The translations under genes and the position numbers were made by a program. From positions 1 through 64,000 of the forward strand of contig JAZDCZ010000123.1 of the NCBI GenBank assembly GCA_036679605.1: a stretch of 64,000 nucleotides of DNA, in the 5' to 3' direction. Position 1 is the stretch's first letter. Each line of letters begins with the position of its first letter. This DNA is from Gemmatimonadota bacterium. Its GTDB lineage: Bacteria > Gemmatimonadota > Gemmatimonadetes > Gemmatimonadales > GWC2-71-9. Shown piece after piece: positions 19,608 through 26,935 of the stretch. The notes beneath the pieces are model-generated. The model ran no database searches, had not been told where the DNA came from, and saw only the letters and a program-made list of their open reading frames with translations.

Positions 19608-19952
19608 ATGCTCAGACTTATAAAAGCGGTCGTTCGACACGAACTCCTAGAGGAATTGGTGCAAGCATTGAAAGGTGCCGGGGTGCCACGTCTGGCCGTC
19701 AGCAACGTTCGTGCGATAGGGAGCGGAGTCGATCCGAAACAGGCCAAACTCTCGCAGGAGTTGGGAACAGGCTACACGGAAAAGGTGTTGGTGCAGTTCA
19801 TATGCGCGGCCGAGCAGGTAGATGACATCGTTAGCGTTGTAGTAGAGCATGCCTGCACCGGTCGCCGGGGGGACGGGATAGTATCTGTGGTACCTGTGGA
19901 GCGTGTGGTGAAGATCCGAACCGGGGTCGAGGGTGTTGCTGCGTTGATGTAG
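19608..19952 (+). CDS. PII-like protein associated with the metal RND pump
   Basis: MLRLIKAVVR, TGRRGDGIVSVVPVERVVKIRTG (PII C-terminal signature). Confidence 0.85.
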   Translation: MLRLIKAVVRHELLEELVQALKGAGVPRLAVSNVRAIGSGVDPKQAKLSQELGTGYTEKVLVQFICAAEQVDDIVSVVVEHACTGRRGDGIVSVVPVERVVKIRTGVEGVAALM

Positions 19953-20561
19953 ATGGTCCAAGACATGAGACATGATTCCGAAGCCGGTCGAAGAAAAGGT
20001 AGCGTGGACCGCCAATGGGTGTTCGTCGCGACTATTCTAGTAGCGCTCGCACTCGTGTTGGGGTTCGGTGTCGCCCTGACATCGGACTTGGGTGTAGTCC
20101 AGCCCGGGAGCCGGGCGCCCAACTTCACAGCGGTCGATGTCGCAACCGGTGACACCGCTAGTCTGACCGACTACGCGGGTTCGGTAGTGCTACTCAATAT
20201 CTGGGCTACGTGGTGTAAGCCATGTGAAGAGGAAATGCCCTCGATCCAGCGACTCTATGAAAGACTGGGATCGAGCGGACTGAGGGTGGTGGCGGTCAGC
20301 ATAGACAAGGAGAGCCCGGCGAAGGTGCTGGCATGGGTTAGGCAGCGCAATCTGACGTTCGATGTGCTGCAGGATCGAGTTGGCCGAATCGAGCGACTCT
20401 ACCAGACTACCGGCGTACCGGAAACCTTCATCATCGACCGGGATGGACTCATCGTCAAGCGCGTTATCGGCGCAAGGAAGTGGGATGTCCCGGCTGAAAC
20501 GGCTGGAATCAAGCGCCTGCTCGCGTCCAAACCAATCGCCGATATCAAGTCGGGTTCGTAG
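19953..20561 (+). CDS. TlpA/ResA (CcmG-like) membrane-anchored thiol-disulfide oxidoreductase
   Basis: TM anchor, LNIWATWCKPCEEEMP, GVPETFIIDRDG. Confidence 0.9.
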   Translation: MVQDMRHDSEAGRRKGSVDRQWVFVATILVALALVLGFGVALTSDLGVVQPGSRAPNFTAVDVATGDTASLTDYAGSVVLLNIWATWCKPCEEEMPSIQRLYERLGSSGLRVVAVSIDKESPAKVLAWVRQRNLTFDVLQDRVGRIERLYQTTGVPETFIIDRDGLIVKRVIGARKWDVPAETAGIKRLLASKPIADIKSGS

Positions 20562-20566
20562 CCAAA

Positions 20567-20692
20567 GGGGCAAATAACCCGACGCGGGGGTCAACTACCC
20601 TTGGAGACGCGGCCAGATTCCCTCCGCATCACAGCATAACCCCTTGTCCCACAACCTGATAGAGCTGCCCGCCTTGCGGCATCTTGCTTGCC
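20567..20692 (+). promoter_or_regulatory. sigma54 promoter with paired enhancer sites for the 20725-23092 operon
   Basis: GGGGCAAATAACCC 20567-20580 and GGGTCAACTACCCT 20588-20601; CGGCATCTTGCTTGCC (GG 20678-20679, GC 20690-20691). Confidence 0.7.
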
Positions 20693-20724
20693 AACTACGC
20701 CGTTAGGTAACACGGAGAATTATT

Positions 20725-21375
20725 ATGGCACAGCAAGTCACATATGACTACGGACTATGGGGGATGGTCGTCTTCAACGTTCTCCTGTTCGGGTCGTTCG
20801 TGCTGGGATTCCTCAGACCGCGCCGCGCGGTGGAGTGGCGATCGCTCGGTGTCTTCGCGGGCTTCATCGTTGCTTTGTTCGCCGAGATGTACGGATTCCC
20901 ACTCACCATCTATCTGTTGACTGGCGTTCTGGGCCTCAGTTTGGGGGGAGCGACACCATTCGGTCACCTCCAAGGTCACCTACTTGCCACCGTGTTCGAC
21001 CTGCCTACTTGGGCGGTACTCGTAGTTTGCCAAATTGGTGGCTTGATCATGGCCGCGGGCATCTGGGTCATGTGGAAAGCTTGGCGGCAGATACACGGAG
21101 GGCAGGGAGCGTTGATTACCGACGGGATGTACGCACGGGTGCGCCATCCGCAGTATAGCGGACTCTTTCTGGTGACCGTCGGCATGCTCATTCAGTGGCC
21201 CACAGCCCTGACGATCCTGATGTGGCCGCTGCTTACCGTGGCCTACTATCGCCTGGCCATGCGGGAAGAGCGCGAGATGATCGAGCACTTCGGCGCCGAG
21301 TACGAGGCGTACCGCCGGCAGGTACCCGCTTTTGTGCCGTCGTCCATAAGGCGACTGCAAGAACAGGAGGCATAG
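20725..21375 (+). CDS. Isoprenylcysteine carboxylmethyltransferase-family membrane protein (copper-island type)
   Basis: FIVALFAEMYGFPLTIY, YARVRHPQYSG, EEREM...FGAEYEAYRRQVPAF. Confidence 0.85.
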   Translation: MAQQVTYDYGLWGMVVFNVLLFGSFVLGFLRPRRAVEWRSLGVFAGFIVALFAEMYGFPLTIYLLTGVLGLSLGGATPFGHLQGHLLATVFDLPTWAVLVVCQIGGLIMAAGIWVMWKAWRQIHGGQGALITDGMYARVRHPQYSGLFLVTVGMLIQWPTALTILMWPLLTVAYYRLAMREEREMIEHFGAEYEAYRRQVPAFVPSSIRRLQEQEA

Positions 21376-21376
21376 C

Positions 21377-21562
21377 ATGGAGTGGCTACGGGAATACTGG
21401 CTCTGGGTTGTGGTTGGCGCAGCATTTATCTGGATGCATACGAAGATGCACGGCGGTCACGGAGCGCATGGGGGACATGGTGGTTGCGGCGGGCATGATG
21501 GGGGCACGAGTGATCATGCAGTGCACGGAGAAGGGAGGGAAGAAACCGATGCTCAACACTAA
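21377..21562 (+). CDS. Small His-rich membrane protein (DUF2933-like)
   Basis: RBS GGAGG; TM followed by MHTKMHGGHGAHGGHGGCGGH. Confidence 0.7.
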   Translation: MEWLREYWLWVVVGAAFIWMHTKMHGGHGAHGGHGGCGGHDGGTSDHAVHGEGREETDAQH

Positions 21563-21869
21563 AATTCTGACCTGGTCCCTCGGCCTGTTCACGGCCGTGA
21601 GCTTTCTGGTGTGTGTTGCTTACGGCATGATTGTGCCGGAGTCCTTGCACATGACTGGCTGGCTCGAGCAGATGCTGCCCGGGTTTCACTGGCTCACTCC
21701 CGGAAGCTTCTTGATTGGTCTGACAGAGTCGTTCCTATACGGAGTGTATGCGGGACTGGTGTTCACACCGATCTATAATGTTGTGCTCAAACGATCTGGC
21801 GTAACCGGTCAGCAGCCTCCACGTCGTATTGTCTCGCTGTTCGGGGCACGTTCCGATCGGGAGCAGTAA
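21549..21869 (+). CDS. Small membrane protein (DUF5676-like)
   Basis: MLNTKILTWSLGLF...MLPGFHWLTPGSFLIGLTESFLYG...PIYN; RBS GGAGG/GGAAG upstream. Confidence 0.65.
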   Translation: MLNTKILTWSLGLFTAVSFLVCVAYGMIVPESLHMTGWLEQMLPGFHWLTPGSFLIGLTESFLYGVYAGLVFTPIYNVVLKRSGVTGQQPPRRIVSLFGARSDREQ

Positions 21870-21871
21870 AG

Positions 21872-23092
21872 GTGCCAGCAAACATTGAAATTGTTGGAGC
21901 CGGCCCCGCCGGACTTGCGGCCGCGATCACGATAGCGAAACATGGCGGACGTGCCATCGTTTACGAACGTCATCGGGACGTGGGACATCGCTTCCACGGA
22001 GACTTCCAGGGGTTGGAAAACTGGACCACGACCGGCGATGTGCTCGATGAATTCGCCTCGATGGGAATCGAGCCTACGTTTGAGCACACGCCGTTTCGGG
22101 AATGCGTGTTCTACGACCCCGCGGGCCGTGAGTACAACTATCGTTCGGCGAGACCCGTTTGGTACCTGACACGACGTGGGACGGATGTCGGTACCTTGGA
22201 CCAGAGTCTTAAGGCTCAAGCGTTGGATGCCGGGGTCGATATCCGGTTAAGTGCGCAGAAGGAGCACCTGCCCGACGGTGGGATCGTGGCGCACGGTCCC
22301 CACCGCGTCGATGCCATTGCGGTGGGTTACCTGTTTGAAACGGATCGGGCGGACGGCGCTTTTTGCGCCGTCTCCGACCGACTCGCTCCGAAGGGCTATT
22401 CGTATCTGTTGATCTCTGGAGGCAGGGGCACGATCGCTTCCTGCATGTTCGCGGATTTTCACAACGAGAAGCAGTATCTCGAGCGCACTGTCGAGTTCTT
22501 TCAGCGGAAAATCGACTTCCGGATGCGCGACGCTCGGGCCTTCGGCGGTTTCGGCAACGTCCATGCGGATGGCCGGGCCCGGAGGGACAAGATCCTCTAC
22601 GTCGGTGAGGCCGCCGGCTTCCAAGACACGCTGTTTGGTTTTGGCATGCGCTACGCCATTAGGTCGGGGCACCTTGCGGCACGAGCCTGGCTCGCCAACA
22701 AGCCCGAAATGTACGATCGGTTATGGCATGGGAATATGAGGAATCTGACGAGACTGGCAACGGTTAATCGCTACATGTATGAGTTACTGGGAGACCGGGG
22801 TTATGCACTGCTCTTGCGCAAGATCGAAAGAGCAGCGGACGTGCGCGACTGGCTGCGAGCCTATTACACCACGGGTCGATGGAAGTTGAGGCTCCATCCC
22901 TACGTGCGATGGCGTACAGTGCAACGAATGCGCCTGGTCAAACAATGCGTTCAAGGTTGCGACTGCACCTGGTGCCGCTGTTGGTCGGTCAAAGCCCGCA
23001 ACACCGTCACGCAGCAGCCAATGCATGAGTCCGAAACGGAAACCACCCCATGCTTTGGAGTTGCCCCAAGCGGTCGCCATTTGTGCGGTTAA
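21872..23092 (+). CDS. FAD-dependent oxidoreductase (geranylgeranyl-reductase-like) with Cys-rich tail; last ~35 aa probably read-through across a junction
   Basis: IVGAGPAGLAAA, VGEAAGFQD...GMRYAIRSG, CVQGCDCTWCRC. Confidence 0.8.
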   Translation: MPANIEIVGAGPAGLAAAITIAKHGGRAIVYERHRDVGHRFHGDFQGLENWTTTGDVLDEFASMGIEPTFEHTPFRECVFYDPAGREYNYRSARPVWYLTRRGTDVGTLDQSLKAQALDAGVDIRLSAQKEHLPDGGIVAHGPHRVDAIAVGYLFETDRADGAFCAVSDRLAPKGYSYLLISGGRGTIASCMFADFHNEKQYLERTVEFFQRKIDFRMRDARAFGGFGNVHADGRARRDKILYVGEAAGFQDTLFGFGMRYAIRSGHLAARAWLANKPEMYDRLWHGNMRNLTRLATVNRYMYELLGDRGYALLLRKIERAADVRDWLRAYYTTGRWKLRLHPYVRWRTVQRMRLVKQCVQGCDCTWCRCWSVKARNTVTQQPMHESETETTPCFGVAPSGRHLCG

Positions 23093-23425
23093 CCCAATAT
23101 CGTCTTCTGCCTCGCGCTCGATTTCAAAGAAGGCAGAATAGCTGCTCCCGAATGCACCAGCGTAAAACAGCGTTGCGTCGTGGAAACTAAAGCCGCTCTC
23201 AGTGACCGGTTGACCCTCAGTCTTCTCGTACCCATACCGGACGCGCCCGCGAAACGAAATGTAGTCGGAAATTTTTTCGACTTTTATGTCCTTACCGATC
23301 TCGGCCGGCATTCGGTAGCCCGCCCAGCGGAACTTGATGCCGGTACCATTGAGTCGCGGTACCGCCGGGGAGTGGCAAAAACTGCATGTCACGCCGTACT
23401 TGCGTGCCCATGCCGGAATCTTCTC
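22979..23425 (-). pseudogene. Fragment of a Cyc2-like cytochrome c-porin gene
   Basis: IPAWARKYGVTCSFCH..PRLNGTGIKFRWAGY followed by a few beta-strands; no signal peptide upstream; homology-like sequence stops at FDRPT where the convergent FAD gene begins. Confidence 0.75.
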
Positions 23426-23643
23426 ACAGGTCGTGTTGTATGTTGCGATGTACTCCCTGACGGCGAGCATAGAGCGCTCGGCTGGACTAGTGGGAACTTG
23501 GATCCAATAATGATATTCCCGCATTAAGCGACCGTGAGATTCTGCTGAATACTTGGGCCAGAACATTGGGGGCCCGTGGCATTGCCAGTACGAAGATTAG
23601 GGTAACGGCTAGAAGCAACTTCAAATGTCTTACACTTCCGGTT

Positions 23644-24864
23644 TCACTCGTTTCTTCCATCACTTCCGACCTGTCTCAGGTACACAGCTAGGTTCCGCAT
23701 GTCATCGCCTTCGAAGCGCGGCCACTCCACCTGTCCAGACTGAGCCCGATTGTACATGGCGGGTGCATGGTTCCACATTGCGGTTGCCAGGCCCAACGGC
23801 GTCCGGGTGGCCTGGGACTTCGAAAGATCCGGCCCCGTGGCAGGTTCTCCGTTTCCCACATGGCAACTCGAGCAGCCACTCCTTTGAAACACCTCACGCC
23901 CGGCATCGCCGCTTCCACCCGTGTCAAAGAAGCGGAGATAGTAGAGAAACGCTACGAGGTCAGACATCTCGTTTCCCCTGAATCGCGGGAACATGATTCG
24001 TTGTCCCCGCATCGCCGCAGACATCTGGAACGAGTGGTTCCACAGTTTTCCAGCGATTTCCGAGACTCGCAGTTGCTGAATCGCAGTTCTAAGATTAGGT
24101 CCCAGTGAGGTACCGAGACCGCCAACCCCGTGACACTGTCGGCACCCCTTTGTCTCGAACAGCTTACTGCCGGCTGCCGGATTCGGAGGCTGCAGAAAGA
24201 CGAGTTCTTGTCCGGCAGACATGGCCACCTGCCGAATGTAGGCCTGGATATCTGCTATCTCCCGTCCGGCAAACGTCGGCGTCGGTATCCCCTTGGCGGC
24301 TTGCTTCGCCTGCATGTCCGGCCCGTGGTTCCACATGCCCTGTGCAAGAACAATTGGTGCGATGACCTGACCATAGGCATCCAGATTGGGACCGACATCG
24401 CCGCCTCTACCGCCTACCGTATGACACTCCACGCAGCGTTTCTCACGAAACCATCGCTCCCCAACGGCCGGGTCGCCCGGTTCGTCGAACAACTTGACGT
24501 AGTAGATGTAGCTGATGACGTCCGCGAGTTCCTCCTCCGTGAATGTCGGCCACTCTACACCCCACTGCCTCACGGTCTTGATCATGCCGGGTGTATGATT
24601 CCAAAACAGACCGGCCAACTGTTGCAAACTCCTACCGCCGCCCACACTGGCGAAATCCGGCCCCTGCTTGCCACCGTTCCCCCAAATCGAGTGGCACCTG
24701 ATGCATCCATTACTGACTACGATCTGTCTACCCTTTGCAGGATCACCCGACAGGGCCTCCACAGATTGTGCCTGTACACGCGCGCTCCAAAAGCTCGCTA
24801 CCACTAGACCCAACAACACGACGACGCGCACTCTGCGCGACTTGCCCTCCATCGCGGTGCTCAT
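23644..24864 (-). CDS. Periplasmic tetraheme cytochrome c (four tandem class I-like domains)
   Basis: ATGA overlap with the NrfD-like stop; signal peptide; CIRCH, CVECH, CRQCH, CSSCH, each followed by WNHxxxM. Confidence 0.88.
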   Translation of the reverse strand: MSTAMEGKSRRVRVVVLLGLVVASFWSARVQAQSVEALSGDPAKGRQIVVSNGCIRCHSIWGNGGKQGPDFASVGGGRSLQQLAGLFWNHTPGMIKTVRQWGVEWPTFTEEELADVISYIYYVKLFDEPGDPAVGERWFREKRCVECHTVGGRGGDVGPNLDAYGQVIAPIVLAQGMWNHGPDMQAKQAAKGIPTPTFAGREIADIQAYIRQVAMSAGQELVFLQPPNPAAGSKLFETKGCRQCHGVGGLGTSLGPNLRTAIQQLRVSEIAGKLWNHSFQMSAAMRGQRIMFPRFRGNEMSDLVAFLYYLRFFDTGGSGDAGREVFQRSGCSSCHVGNGEPATGPDLSKSQATRTPLGLATAMWNHAPAMYNRAQSGQVEWPRFEGDDMRNLAVYLRQVGSDGRNE

Positions 24865-26231
24865 AGTGTTTCTCCTCTCGCCGCCGTCACCGCCTGCGGC
24901 AGATAACCCGCCACCCTCTCGGATATCTCCCTCACCGATTGCTCCCGCCCCTCCTTCATTTCCCATATCGACACTATTGGAAAGAACTTGGTCGCCACCA
25001 TATAGAGTAGGACGAACCCGGCGAACGTGGCCGCCATGATCGAAAGTTCTACCCAGGACGGGAAATAGTGAGCGATCGATTCCAAGTCCCATCGTGGATT
25101 ACTGGACGTCGGCACCACGATGTTGTATCGCTCGAGCCACATCCCCATGATAACGAAGCTTCCTGCGATCAACGTACCCTTGGGGGTGCGTGTCGCCTTA
25201 CGAGCCATCAGACTGAACGGAATAACGGTGCAACTCACCACCATGATCCAGAACGGAATCGCAAACGGCCCGGACAGCTTGGCCCAGAACGTTCGCATCT
25301 CCGCCGGTTCTGAGCCGTAAAACACGGTCAGGTACTCGGCCAAGGTGAAGTAGAACCAAAGACAGCTGAACAGCAGCAGCAATCGTCCCATGTAATCGAA
25401 ATGGACCGGCCTGAAATAGTTTTCCAGCTTGTACACACGTCGCAGGATCACCATCGCGACAAGAATCGCGGCTATCCCAGAATAGATCGCGCCCATCACG
25501 AAGTACGGTCCGAAGATCGTGCTGTGCCACCCAGGCCGCAGAGTCATGGCGAAGATCCAGCCGATGATAGTGTGGACGGATACCGCCACCGGTATCACGG
25601 CAATTGCCAAAACTCCGATCGCGCGCTCCAGCCGAGCCCGCTGAGTCGGCGTGTCCTGGTATCCGGCTGCAAGAAACCGGTAGAATCGTGGGGCCTTGAT
25701 ACCGGAATCACGGATGATTGCGAGATCCGGCAGCATCGGCACGTAGAGATAGATCGTGCTCGCAGTGAAGTAGATCCCGATGCTCAGCACGTCCCAGAGC
25801 AGCGGCGATCGCAACTGCGGATGAAAAATAATGTTCAGCAGCCGATCGGGACGCCCAAGGTCGATAATCGGTTGTATTGCACCAAAGCCTAGAACCAACA
25901 CGGTAATGAACTCCGCCGACCGAGTGATGGCGCGACGCCATTCTGCCTGGCTCACCCGCAGAATCGCCGAGATCAGAGTCCCGGCGTGACTGATGCCGAT
26001 GAAGAAGACGAAGTCGATGATGTAAATGCCCCAATACTCCGGCCGATTGAGACCTGTACCGCCGAGCCCGTAGCGAACCTGCCGGTAGTACGCGAACATC
26101 CCCAATAACACAACTGCCCCCAACACCCCGGCAATCACGTAGAACTTCCTGGACGTTTCCACCAAGGGCCGGAGAAGCACTCGCTCATCCTCCGGCATCG
26201 CTGCAAGTTTCGCTGCTACTTCGTCGCGCAT
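24861..26231 (-). CDS. NrfD/PsrC-family quinone-interacting membrane subunit (QrcD/ActC-like)
   Basis: WGIYIIDFVFFIGISHAGTLISAIL, ITRSAE, DLGRPDR, SPLLWD, VSVHT, WHSTIFGPYFV, WLERY. Confidence 0.92.
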   Translation of the reverse strand: MRDEVAAKLAAMPEDERVLLRPLVETSRKFYVIAGVLGAVVLLGMFAYYRQVRYGLGGTGLNRPEYWGIYIIDFVFFIGISHAGTLISAILRVSQAEWRRAITRSAEFITVLVLGFGAIQPIIDLGRPDRLLNIIFHPQLRSPLLWDVLSIGIYFTASTIYLYVPMLPDLAIIRDSGIKAPRFYRFLAAGYQDTPTQRARLERAIGVLAIAVIPVAVSVHTIIGWIFAMTLRPGWHSTIFGPYFVMGAIYSGIAAILVAMVILRRVYKLENYFRPVHFDYMGRLLLLFSCLWFYFTLAEYLTVFYGSEPAEMRTFWAKLSGPFAIPFWIMVVSCTVIPFSLMARKATRTPKGTLIAGSFVIMGMWLERYNIVVPTSSNPRWDLESIAHYFPSWVELSIMAATFAGFVLLYMVATKFFPIVSIWEMKEGREQSVREISERVAGYLPQAVTAARGETL

Positions 26232-26232
26232 T

Positions 26233-26922
26233 TCATCGCCTTGGGCTCAGATAGTAGACCTTCGGTTCGGTGCCGAGATCCTCCATCGGACGCGTCGCAC
26301 GCGGATCGTTCTTCAACTGCGCAACGCTGTGCTTCGGGTCTTCCAGATTACCGAACACAATGGCCTTTGTGGGACATATCTCTACACAGGCAGGCTGATA
26401 GTCCTCCTCCTGTAGTTCACGATTCTCGGCTCGAGCATCTTCACGGGCCTTCTGCAGCCGGTGGTGACAGAACGTACACTTCTCGATGACCCCCTTGGGA
26501 CGAACGGATACATCGGGATTCAGATAATTGAGTTCTGATTCCGGCCACTCCGGTCCATACCAGTTGAAGTACTTCACCGTATACGGACAGGCGTTGGCAC
26601 AATACCGACATCCAATACAGCGGGGGTATATCTGACCGACTATCCCTTCTTCGTTGATATATGTGGCGGCAACCGGACATACCTTCACACAGGGTGGATT
26701 ATCACAGTGCATGCACGGGCGCGGGTAGAACTGCATCTTCGTATCGGGAAACTCGCCTTCCACTTCCGTGACCACTTTCATCCAACTCATGGCTCGCCCC
26801 ATGGCAGCCTGTTCCGGAGGAACTGTCGCGATATTGTTCTCGCTCTTGCACGCGACCTCACAAGCCGCACATCCCGTACAGAGGTCAAGGTCGATGACCA
26901 TGCCCCAGCGGACGTCTGTCAT
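26233..26922 (-). CDS. Multi-[Fe-S] subunit (NrfC/QrcC/ActB2-like)
   Basis: WGMVIDLDLCTGCAACEVAC, CMHCDNPPCVKVCP, CIGCRYCANACPY, EKCTFC, PACVEICP. Confidence 0.93.
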   Translation of the reverse strand: MTDVRWGMVIDLDLCTGCAACEVACKSENNIATVPPEQAAMGRAMSWMKVVTEVEGEFPDTKMQFYPRPCMHCDNPPCVKVCPVAATYINEEGIVGQIYPRCIGCRYCANACPYTVKYFNWYGPEWPESELNYLNPDVSVRPKGVIEKCTFCHHRLQKAREDARAENRELQEEDYQPACVEICPTKAIVFGNLEDPKHSVAQLKNDPRATRPMEDLGTEPKVYYLSPRR

Positions 26923-26935
26923 TCTTCGCCCCCGG

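Noticed and set aside
21195..21869. 224-aa ORF from the track
   Set aside because: The first half overlaps two better-supported genes; the real start is most likely ATG 21549
1669..23425. Calling the copper island a mobile element
   Set aside because: No integrase, transposase, tRNA target or terminal repeats seen; only broken flanking genes suggest rearrangement
22784..23566. 260-aa ORF as an intact gene
   Set aside because: N-terminus is not a signal peptide and the last ~65 aa are antisense of the FAD gene; treated as a pseudogene fragment
26455..26480. CTFCH in the Fe-S subunit as a heme c site
   Set aside because: Part of the conserved KCxxC Fe-S ligand motif of NrfC/DmsB-family proteins; not counted as a heme
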